DNA of 63,812 nucleotides from an uncultured Coriobacteriaceae bacterium (GCA_900544245.1 UQUH01000004.1:1-63812), one strand, 5' to 3'. Positions 54,932-62,750 are shown, numbered from the stretch's first letter. The notes: a model not told the origin generated them from the letters alone. Numbers and translations: made by a program.

Positions 54932-56112
54932 TTGCGTGGCGTGTTGAGCGTGCTCGTCTCGATGAAGTCGCGGGCGAGCTCGCATCCACCATCATAACGC
55001 AAGACCACGCGAGGCATCGTGCGGCTCAGGAACAGGTGCACGCCCTCGGTGACGGAGTACGCGCCGGCATTGGCGAAGGCAAGCACGTCGTCGAGCTCGA
55101 GACTCTCGAGGCTGACCTCGCGCACAAGCACGTCGTTGACCGTGCACAGGCTGCCGCACAGCGTCCAGGAACGCTCATCGCGCTCGCGCATGGCATCGGC
55201 CAGCGCAGAGAGGTTGGCGGTCACGGGCACCTTGAGACCCATCACCTGCCCCGCGTAGGTGAGGTGGTTGATGCCACCGTCAAGGATGCAGTAGTTCGTG
55301 CCCTCGTTCTCCTTGATGTCGACCACGCGGGTGAGATAGGTGCCGCAGGACGCCGCGAAGAAACGCCCCATCTCGATGGTGACCTCCACGTCCTTTGCTA
55401 GCTCACGGATGGCGGGCGCGAGTTCGCGAGCCGGGGAAAGGTCATCGGAGAAGTCCTCGTCGGCGAAGTAGGGCACGGCGAGGCCGGGGCCGTATTCGAG
55501 GCGCTGCACCTTGAAGCTGTGCTCGTCGCGCAGCTCACCGATAAGCGCATGCAGCTTCTCGATCTCGCGGATCTGGTGCTTGAGCTTCTTGCGCTGGGTT
55601 CCCACGAAGTAGTGGAGCCCCACGATTTCGAGGTGCGGGAAGTCCGTGCGTTTGTCGATAACCTCCAGTAAATCGGCTTTCGACATGCCGAACTGACTGC
55701 CGGAGTTCAGTCGCAAGAGCACCTTGACCGTGGTGGATGCCTGCGTCGCGCATTCCTCGATGAGTTTCACGTGCAATTTCGATTCGGCAGTGAGCACGCC
55801 GACGCGGTAGCGGATGGCGCGACTCACGTCTTCGGCCTGCTTGTTCACGCCCGAGTACACGATCTGCGGTGCGGAGATGCCCACGTCCTCGCAGATGGCG
55901 AGCTCGCCGGGGCTACACACCTCGAGGCGGATTCCATGATCCGCCGCGGCTCCCGCGAGGAAGGGGTTGGCCTTCATCGCGAAGCAGAGACGCACCTCGT
56001 CGTCGAATATATCGGCGACCTTATCCAGCCGGCGCCAGAACTCCTCGACGTCGAAGACGAAGGTCGGCGTGCCATACTCCTGCGCGATGGTGAGAAGTTC
56101 GCTGTTATCCAT
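54928..56112 (-). CDS. PLP-dependent decarboxylase, Orn/DAP/Arg decarboxylase family (fold type III), non-canonical
   Basis: A 394-aa product from the ATG at 56110-56112 (MDNSELLTIAQEYGTPTFVFD...). It has the PLP-lysine motif FAMKAN and a C-terminal GSLCTVND motif. The usual GGG loop reads YGPGLAV, and EPGR reads EMGR. Confidence 0.8.
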   Translation of the reverse strand: MDNSELLTIAQEYGTPTFVFDVEEFWRRLDKVADIFDDEVRLCFAMKANPFLAGAAADHGIRLEVCSPGELAICEDVGISAPQIVYSGVNKQAEDVSRAIRYRVGVLTAESKLHVKLIEECATQASTTVKVLLRLNSGSQFGMSKADLLEVIDKRTDFPHLEIVGLHYFVGTQRKKLKHQIREIEKLHALIGELRDEHSFKVQRLEYGPGLAVPYFADEDFSDDLSPARELAPAIRELAKDVEVTIEMGRFFAASCGTYLTRVVDIKENEGTNYCILDGGINHLTYAGQVMGLKVPVTANLSALADAMRERDERSWTLCGSLCTVNDVLVREVSLESLELDDVLAFANAGAYSVTEGVHLFLSRTMPRVVLRYDGGCELARDFIETSTLNTPRK

Positions 56113-56144
56113 ATCAGATCCTTCGTTTATGGGACAAGGGGACA

Positions 56145-56218
56145 GTGAGACACATTGGACAGGTACATCTGTCTCATCGGGGACCATGAGACAGATGTAC
56201 CTGTCCAATGTGTCTCAC
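56145..56218. repeat. Head-to-head inverted pair of family B hairpin elements (cattggacagg subtype)
   Basis: gtgagacacattggacaggtacatctgtctcat (56145-56177) and atgagacagatgtacctgtccaatgtgtctcac (56186-56218) are reverse complements of each other, 8 nt apart. Confidence 0.85.
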
Positions 56219-56219
56219 T

Positions 56220-57722
56220 TCATTTTAGCTCCAGCAGCGCCTGGCGGTCGATCTTGCCGTTCTTGGTGAGGGGCATCGTGTCCAGCTGGCGAATCTTGTT
56301 GGGCACCATATACTGCGGCAGGACGTCCTTGAGCGTAGCCGCAAGGGAGTCCTTCTCGCATGCGCCCACGTAGAACAGGAGGATGCGCTTTTTCCGCGGC
56401 TCGTAGACCGTGCACGCGCGCTCCACACCGTCGGTGGCATGCGCCGCCGCATCGATTTCGCCGAGCTCGATGCGCTGGCCCAGATGCTTGATCTGGTGAT
56501 CCTTGCGCCCGCGGTACACGAAGCGCCCGACCTTGTCGAGCATGCCGATATCGCCCGTGCGATACATCGTCTCGGGAAATGCCGGCGTAAGCGGGTTTTG
56601 CACGAAGGCCTCGGCCGTCTTCTCCGGGTCGTTGTAGTAGCCGAGTGCCAGGCAGGTGCCGACGACGCAGATCTCGCCCTCGACGTCGGGCTCGTCGATT
56701 AGCCGGTCCTCCTCGTCGAGTAAGAAGACGCGCTCGTTGGGGAAGGGCCTGCCCATGGGGATGACCTCGTCCTTCTCGTAATCGCGCACGATGATGTGGT
56801 ACGTGCAGTTGCAGGTCACCTCGGTGGGGCCATACACGTTCACGAACATGGCGTCGGGCAGCGCGGCGCGCCAGACGGCGAGCTGCTTGGGCGGCATGAC
56901 CTCGCCGCTGAAGATGACCATGCGAATCGTCGTGGGCACACGGTAATCGAAACCACCCATCATCGAGACGAAGCACATGGCGCTCACGGCCCAAGTGCAG
57001 ACGGTGACCTCGCGTTCGACGAGGAAGTCCATGAGGTTCACGGGGATGCTGAAGTACTCGCGCGGGATCATCTGCACGGTCGCGCCGGTGGCAAGGGCAC
57101 TGTAGATGTCCTTGACCGAGACATCGAAGTCGAACGGCGCCTGGTTGGCCAGCACGTCGTCTTTCGTTATGTCGAATATCGAGACGAAGGAGCCGATGAA
57201 ATCGATCACGGAGCGATGGCACACGGCCACGCCCTTGGGAGTGCCCGTGGAGCCGGAGGTGAAATTGACGTACAGCGGGTCGAGGTCGAGCGATGCGGCG
57301 CGGCGGCTGGCGAGCAGCGCGCTATCGGTGCGCGTGTCGATGATGTCCTCGAGGCAGACGACGATGTGGCCCTCGAAGGCGCTGCGTGCGGCGTCGATGT
57401 TACGCGCATCGGCGATCACGAGCGGGGCGGCGAGCTTGTCGACGATGGCGCGGGCACGGGTTGCGGGCTGGCGCACGTCGATGATCGAGTAGCAGCAGCG
57501 CGCGTAGACTGCGCCGAACATGGCGGCGAGCGCGAGCGTGCTCTTCTCCATGTAGCAGGCGATGGGGCTGAGCTCGTCGACGTGCGCGGCAAGGTAGGAC
57601 CCGACGGCGCGGGCGCGGCGCATGAGGTCGAGGAAGCTGACCTCTCCGTTCTCGTCCGCGAACGCGATCTTATCCGGCAGCTCGCAGGCCCTCGCCTCGA
57701 GCCACTCGAGTACGTTAGTCAT
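56220..57722 (-). CDS. Stand-alone amino-acid adenylation enzyme (DltA-like, ANL superfamily)
   Basis: 500-aa ORF with the A-domain core motifs FTSGSTGTPKGV (A3), NVYGPTEVT (A5), YRTGD (A7), GRKDHQIKHLGQRIELGEI (A8) and PLTKNGKIDR (A10). No fused carrier or condensation domain. Confidence 0.85.
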   Translation of the reverse strand: MTNVLEWLEARACELPDKIAFADENGEVSFLDLMRRARAVGSYLAAHVDELSPIACYMEKSTLALAAMFGAVYARCCYSIIDVRQPATRARAIVDKLAAPLVIADARNIDAARSAFEGHIVVCLEDIIDTRTDSALLASRRAASLDLDPLYVNFTSGSTGTPKGVAVCHRSVIDFIGSFVSIFDITKDDVLANQAPFDFDVSVKDIYSALATGATVQMIPREYFSIPVNLMDFLVEREVTVCTWAVSAMCFVSMMGGFDYRVPTTIRMVIFSGEVMPPKQLAVWRAALPDAMFVNVYGPTEVTCNCTYHIIVRDYEKDEVIPMGRPFPNERVFLLDEEDRLIDEPDVEGEICVVGTCLALGYYNDPEKTAEAFVQNPLTPAFPETMYRTGDIGMLDKVGRFVYRGRKDHQIKHLGQRIELGEIDAAAHATDGVERACTVYEPRKKRILLFYVGACEKDSLAATLKDVLPQYMVPNKIRQLDTMPLTKNGKIDRQALLELK

Positions 57723-57746
57723 ACCAACCTTCTTCTGACCTGCAAA

Positions 57747-57777
57747 ATGAGACAGCGAGACTGACGGCTTGTCTCAT
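57747..57777. repeat. Family B hairpin element (gagactga loop subtype)
   Basis: atgagacagcgagactgacggcttgtctcat, flanked by caaa and tttttt. Confidence 0.85.
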
Positions 57778-57799
57778 TTTTTGATGGTACCGGCACATA

Positions 57800-57830
57800 A
57801 TGAGACAACGAGACTGAGCGCTTGTCTCAT
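57800..57830. repeat. Family B hairpin element (same subtype, direct orientation) containing the stop of the NhaC-like gene
   Basis: atgagacaacgagactgagcgcttgtctcat. The tca at 57827-57829 is the TGA stop. Confidence 0.85.
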
Positions 57831-59386
57831 TTGTCGGTCACCTTTTTGCCGACGGTCTTGCGCAGGACGAAGAGCGCGCCAACGATGAGGACGATGCCGA
57901 TGATCAGGCAAATCACCCAGTTCTGCACGAAGCCCGCGATGATGAAGCAGACAAACGAGACGGACGCGACCGTGAGCACGTAGGGCAGCTGCGTCTGAAC
58001 GTGCACGATGTGGTTCACGTTCGCACCGGCAGACGCCATGATCGTCGTATCCGAAATGGGCGAGCAGTGATCGCCACAGACGGCGCCGGCAAGGCACGCG
58101 GAGATGCCGATGGTAAGCAGCTCGGGCTGGCCGGCGAAGATGGGCAGCACGATGGGGATGAGAATGCCGAAGGTGCCCCAGCTCGTGCCCGTGGCAAACG
58201 CAAGGCCAAGGGCGACGAGGAAGATGATGGCGGGCAGCATGCTGTACAGGCCGGCGGCGGCGCCCTCCATGAGGCTGGCGACGAAGACATCGGCGCCAAG
58301 CGCGCTTGTCGCGAGCTTGAGCGTGAGCGCGAAGGTGAGGATGAGCAGCGCCGGGACCATCGCCCTGAAGCCGTCGACGATGCACACAGCCGCATCGCCG
58401 AAGCTGATGACGCGACGGCACAACAGGTAGATGAACGTGATGACGAGCGCGATGATGGAGCCCCAGGGCAAGCCGACTGATGCGCTCGTATTGCCAAACG
58501 CCAGGGCGAGATCGCCGAAGCCCTCGGCTTCCGGATCCCAGAATCCGCCGATGTACATCATACCGATGACGCAGCATACGATGAGGATGATGACGGGGAT
58601 GAGCATGTCAACGAGACGCGAGCGCGGGTTGTCGAGCTTCTCCTCGCTGCCAAGCGAGCCGAGCATGCCATCACGGTAGGCCTCGATTTCGGCACGAGCC
58701 ATGGGGCCGTAATCGAAGCCCATGACGACGATGACGATGATGAAGACGATGGTGAGCAGCGAGTAGAAATTATAGGGAATCGCCTGGATGAAGAGCTGAA
58801 TGCCCGTGATACCGGAATTCAAATCGTTAGCCGTGGCCGAGACAGCTGCAGCCCACGAAGATATGGGAGCGATCATGCAGATGGGCGCCGCCGTCGCGTC
58901 GATGATGTAGGACAGCTTGGCACGCGAGATCTTCTGCTCGTCGGTCACGGGGCGCATGACCGCGCCCACCGTGAGACAGTTGAAGTAGTCATCGATGAAG
59001 ATGAGCACACCGAGGGCAAAGGTCGCGAGCTGCGCGCCCACACGCGTCTTGATGTGACGGGCGGCCCAGGCGCCGAAGGCAGCCGAAGCGCCCGACTTGT
59101 TGATGAGCGCGACCATGATGCCGAGCATCACGAGAAATATGAAGATGCCGGCATTGGCCGAGTCGCTAATGGCGTTGATAAATCCAACGGCCATCGCGTC
59201 ATCGCCCTCGCCTATCTCACCGGAGATGATGAAGTTAATGGTGTTGACCGGGTCGAAGCCCGCAAGCAACAGCGCACCTACGACGATGCCGACGAAAAGC
59301 GACGTATAGGTTTCCTTGGTGATGAGCGCCAAGACGATGGCGACGATGGGCGGCACGAGCGCCCAGAAGGTTCCGATAAACTCCAT
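57827..59386 (-). CDS. NhaC-family antiporter-like membrane transporter
   Basis: 519-aa polytopic ORF (MEFIGTFWALVPPIVAIVLALITKE...), with an NhaC/MleN-like pattern. A paralogue-type of 43560-44867. Confidence 0.75.
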   Translation of the reverse strand: MEFIGTFWALVPPIVAIVLALITKETYTSLFVGIVVGALLLAGFDPVNTINFIISGEIGEGDDAMAVGFINAISDSANAGIFIFLVMLGIMVALINKSGASAAFGAWAARHIKTRVGAQLATFALGVLIFIDDYFNCLTVGAVMRPVTDEQKISRAKLSYIIDATAAPICMIAPISSWAAAVSATANDLNSGITGIQLFIQAIPYNFYSLLTIVFIIVIVVMGFDYGPMARAEIEAYRDGMLGSLGSEEKLDNPRSRLVDMLIPVIILIVCCVIGMMYIGGFWDPEAEGFGDLALAFGNTSASVGLPWGSIIALVITFIYLLCRRVISFGDAAVCIVDGFRAMVPALLILTFALTLKLATSALGADVFVASLMEGAAAGLYSMLPAIIFLVALGLAFATGTSWGTFGILIPIVLPIFAGQPELLTIGISACLAGAVCGDHCSPISDTTIMASAGANVNHIVHVQTQLPYVLTVASVSFVCFIIAGFVQNWVICLIIGIVLIVGALFVLRKTVGKKVTDK

Positions 59387-59518
59387 GTTCTCCCCAATAC
59401 ATGTCTATGTGACAATCGCGCATATTATAGGCATCTTTATGCGAATTTCGCGGCACGAAGCGCATGATAGAATTGAGAGGCAGCATACGAACCGCCGATT
59501 AACCTCGGGAGAGATGCC

Positions 59519-61036
59519 ATGTTCGAACAAGACCACATCTGGGTTGGACAGGGCGAAGTCCCCTGCAACCTACTTCTCAACCAGGCAAACCGTCATGGCC
59601 TCATCGCCGGCGCATCCGGCACGGGCAAGACCGTCACCCTCAAGGTGCTCGCCGAAGGCTTCTCGAAAGCCGGCGTGCCCGTCTTCATGGCCGATGTGAA
59701 GGGCGATGTGACCGGTATTGCGCAAGCAGGCGACGATACCGAGAACATCACCAAGCGTGTCGAGAAGTTCGGCATTGAGGACTGGCAGCTCGAGGGTTGC
59801 CCCACGCGCCTATGAGACATGCTTGATGACCAGGGCATTCCCGTGCGTATCACGATCTCGGACATGGGGCCCATCATGCTCTCGCGCCTACTCGAGCTCA
59901 CTGAAGTGCAGGAAGGTGTGCTCAACATCGTCTTTCGCATTGCCGATGACCAGCAAATGCTGCTCATCGACCTCAAGGACCTGCGTGCGATGCTCAACTA
60001 CGTCTCGGAGCACTCCAAGGAGATCGAGACTACGTACGGCAAGGTCTCGTCGCAGTCGGTTGGCGCGATCCTGCGCGCGCTCATTGCCATCGAGGACCAG
60101 GGTGGCGACACCTTCTTCGGCGAGCCCAACCTCGACCTCAACGACTGGTTCGCAACTGACAAGAACGGCCAGGGCTACGTCAACGTGCTCAATGCGGCGC
60201 GCCTCATCAATAGCCCGCAAATCTACGCGATGTTCCTGTTGTGGATGCTCAGCGAGCTGTTCGAGACGCTGCCCGAGGTGGGCGATGGTGACAAGCCCAA
60301 GTTCGTCTTCTTCTTCGACGAGGCACACCTGCTCTTCAATGGCATGCCCAAGGAGCTACTCGACAAGATCGTCCAGGTCGTGAAGCTCATCCGCTCGAAG
60401 GGCGTGGGCGTGTACTTTATCACGCAGTCACCGTCTGATATCCCCGACGAGGTACTCGCGCAACTCTCGAACCGCATCCAGCACGGACTGCGCGCCTACA
60501 CCCCAGCCGAGCAGAAAGCCGTGAAGGCCGCCGCGCAATCCTTCCGCGAGAACCCGGCGTTCAACGCGAAGGACAAGATTCTCGAGCTTGGCACGGGCGA
60601 AGCGCTCGTCTCGTTTCTGGATGAAGAAGGCAAGTCCTGCATCGTCGAGTACGCAAAGATATTGCCGCCGCAGTGCCGCATGGCTGCCGCCGACCCCGAA
60701 GTCATCGACCGGGTGCTTGCTGCACAGGAAGCGCTCATGAGCAAGTACGGCGAGGCGATCGACCGTGAATCGGCTTACGAGCTCATCAGCAAGCAGGCCG
60801 AAGCGCTCGACGAGGAAGCCAAGCAGGCTGCCGAGCAGGCGCAAGCCGACATCGAGGCTGCCGAGGCCGAGAAACGGAAGGCGAAGGAGGCCGAAAAGGC
60901 CGCCGCGGCCGAGGAGAAGCGCGCCCAGAAGGCGCAGCAAGAGGCCGTCAAGCAGGTGGGAAGCGTGCTCGGGCAGATTGGTCGCGAGGCGTCGCGTCAG
61001 ATCATCCGCGGCATCTTTGGCGCGCTCAAGAAGTGA
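59519..61036 (+). pseudogene. DUF853 / HerA-like P-loop ATPase (YjgR family) interrupted by one in-frame TGA at 59813-59815
   Basis: Two same-frame ORFs (59519-59815 and 59819-61036). The N-terminal part has the Walker A GASGTGKT. The C-terminal part has VFFFDEAHLLF (Walker B), RSKGVGVYFITQSPSDIP and a coiled-coil tail. The junction reads CPTRL*DMLDDQGIPVR. Confidence 0.75.
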
Positions 61037-61941
61037 GCGTGCGCCGACATCGCAAGAATGAGACAGATGCCCTGAGCAAATGTCTCATTTTGCTGCTCGT
61101 CGCAGCGCTCGCGCTGTTGCCGGGATGCTCGTCGGCGTTGTCATCGCTGCCAACGACGGGACTTCCCTCGGGCATCGAATACACCGATCTTGGCACCCCC
61201 GATTTTGGCGAGTTTGCCGGGCAAACCGAATCCTTCGAGGAGTACGCCCCGCTTGACGCGCTGGGGCGATGCGGTGCGGCGACCGCGTGCATCGGCCGCG
61301 ACCTCATGCCCACCAAGGAGCGGGGACAAATCAGCTCCATCAAGCCCACGGGCTGGCAGCGCGCTGAGTACGACTTCATCGACGGTGGCCTGCTCTACAA
61401 TCGCTGTCATCTCATCGCCTACAGCCTCACCGCCGAAGACCTCAACGAGCGCAACCTCATCACCGGCACGCGGCAGATGAACCTCGCGATGACCGAGTTC
61501 GAGAAGCTCGTGTGCGACTACGTGGAAGACACCGGCAATCACGTGCTATACCGGGTCACACCCGTATTCGAGGGCATCGAACTCGTCGCGCGGGGCGTGC
61601 AGATGGAGGCGTTGTCCGTGGAGGATGACGGCGAGGCTATCTGCTTCAACGTCTTCATCCCCAACGAGCAAGACGGCATTGGCATCGATTATCTAACAGG
61701 GTATAGCTGGCTAGCTGGAGAGAGCGATGGCACGAGCTCGAAGAACGGCGAAGGTGCTGCCGGGAAAAATGGCGACGAGACCACATGCGTCTACGTGCTC
61801 AACACGAGCAGCAAGCGCTTCCACCTCCCCACCTGCGATTCCGTCCCCACCATCAGCGCGAAGAACAAGGCCGAAAGCGACAAGTCCCGTGACGAGTTGA
61901 TAGCCGAGGGCTACAAGCCCTGCGGCAGCTGCAGACCGTAG
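61033..61941 (+). CDS. Secreted DNA/RNA non-specific endonuclease (EndA/DNA-entry-nuclease type) lipoprotein with C-terminal Cys4 (Ada-like) domain
   Basis: 302-aa ORF (GTG start overlapping the upstream stop; the true start is uncertain). It has the lipobox LLPGCSS, the nuclease core YNRCHLIAYSL...NLITGTRQMN, and the C-terminal HLPTCDSV...CGSC. Confidence 0.78.
   Translation: MSVRRHRKNETDALSKCLILLLVAALALLPGCSSALSSLPTTGLPSGIEYTDLGTPDFGEFAGQTESFEEYAPLDALGRCGAATACIGRDLMPTKERGQISSIKPTGWQRAEYDFIDGGLLYNRCHLIAYSLTAEDLNERNLITGTRQMNLAMTEFEKLVCDYVEDTGNHVLYRVTPVFEGIELVARGVQMEALSVEDDGEAICFNVFIPNEQDGIGIDYLTGYSWLAGESDGTSSKNGEGAAGKNGDETTCVYVLNTSSKRFHLPTCDSVPTISAKNKAESDKSRDELIAEGYKPCGSCRP
61058..61088. repeat. 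Family B hairpin element inside the annotated N-terminus of the nuclease gene
   Basis: atgagacagatgccctgagcaaatgtctcat, translated as NETDALSKCLI in the ORF-track frame. Confidence 0.85.
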
Positions 61942-62149
61942 ATGGAGCGCTGCCCCAGGAGCAAGCTTCCTTCCGATATCCCATATATGACCAAATTAAT
62001 ACGGGGCTTTCTCGGCTTTCTGTCGCAAATATCTCGAGATTCGCCCGATTTCAGTCGGTGAAACTGTTGGATTCGCTCGTTAGCATGGCCTGCGAGGCGA
62101 GGACGAGAGCCGCAACTTCTATGGGCATCGCACTCTTGTCTTTTCGATT

Positions 62150-62179
62150 ATTGCTAGTAAATACCTATTGGACTTATAA
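62150..62179 (+). promoter_or_regulatory. Candidate sigma-70-type promoter for brnTA
   Basis: ttgcta (62150-62155), an 18-nt spacer, then tataat (62174-62179), 24 nt upstream of the brnT ATG. Confidence 0.45.
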
Positions 62180-62202
62180 TAGACACTTGAAAGGTGGTTC
62201 GT

Positions 62203-62478
62203 ATGGAGTTCGAATACGATCCAGCTAAGAGCACGACAAACCTCCTCAAGCATGGCATTGATTTCGAGGAGGCGCAGTCGCTGTGGGAGGACCAAAACTT
62301 AGTTCGATTTCCCATTGATTATGGCGGAGAAAAACGCTGGGGTGTTATATCGCACTACTCTGGGAGCCGATGGGTTGCGGTCTGCACAACACGGGGCAAC
62401 AACACGCGAATCATTTCAGTACGTCGGGCAACCAGAAAAGAGGCTGCGTTTTATGACAAGAAAAACAATGACCGATGA
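62203..62478 (+). CDS. brnT: BrnT-family toxin (DUF497 ribonuclease toxin)
   Basis: A 91-aa product from the ATG at 62203 (MEFEYDPAKSTTNLLKHGIDFEEAQSLW...RIISVRRATRKE), the hallmark BrnT N- and C-terminal motifs. Preceded by aaaggtgg. Confidence 0.85.
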   Translation: MEFEYDPAKSTTNLLKHGIDFEEAQSLWEDQNLVRFPIDYGGEKRWGVISHYSGSRWVAVCTTRGNNTRIISVRRATRKEAAFYDKKNNDR

Positions 62479-62713
62479 GGAGTTTGACGAGTACTTCGAT
62501 AATGGCGGCGACATCACTCCCTTTATCGTCGAGGATTCTGTCGAATTTCCCAATCGCAACGACAAGGCTCGCAAGGTAAATATCAGCATGCCGGAGTGGA
62601 TGATTGAAGAGCTTGACGCCACGGCACGTCACTTCGCGACCACACGACAAGGCGTCATTAACATGTGGATTGGCGAACGCCTGGAGAACGAACGCCGTAA
62701 AACCACGGTCTAG
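62453..62713 (+). CDS. brnA: BrnA-family antitoxin (CopG/RHH-like)
   Basis: An 86-aa product from the ATG at 62453 (MTRKTMTDEEFDEYFDNGGDITPF...VNISMPEWMIEELDATARHFATTRQGVINMWIGERL). It overlaps the brnT 3' end, in the toxin-first order typical of BrnTA. Confidence 0.8.
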   Translation: MTRKTMTDEEFDEYFDNGGDITPFIVEDSVEFPNRNDKARKVNISMPEWMIEELDATARHFATTRQGVINMWIGERLENERRKTTV

Positions 62714-62717
62714 AAAA

Positions 62718-62750
62718 CCAGACAAAAGTGCCCCGGCGGCAACTGTCTGG
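62718..62750. repeat. CCAGACA hairpin element (third copy)
   Basis: ccagacaaaagtgccccggcggcaactgtctgg, preceded by aaaa and located 5 nt after the brnA stop. Confidence 0.75.

Noticed and set aside
54928-56112. Calling the decarboxylase lysA (diaminopimelate decarboxylase)
   Set aside because: The family membership is clear. However, the protein is short, two signature loops deviate (YGPGLAV and EMGR), and it is sandwiched between an adenylating enzyme and a carrier protein rather than lysine or DAP genes. No gene symbol was assigned.
59813-59815. TGA as a selenocysteine codon or evidence of a reassigned genetic code
   Set aside because: The position appears to align with Trp, not Cys/Sec. 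DUF853 ATPases are not known selenoproteins, and I see no obvious SECIS-like hairpin immediately downstream. TGA clearly functions as the stop for many well-supported genes in this window (fabG, fic, mtnA, comF and others).
59811-59820. The ATGAGACA octamer spanning the premature stop of the DUF853 gene as a half hairpin element that caused the disruption
   Set aside because: There is no matching TGTCTCAT arm downstream, and the flanking codons align colinearly with the homologue. A single G-to-A change in a TGG GAC context creates the octamer by chance. About two random occurrences of any given 8-mer are expected in 64 kb on both strands.
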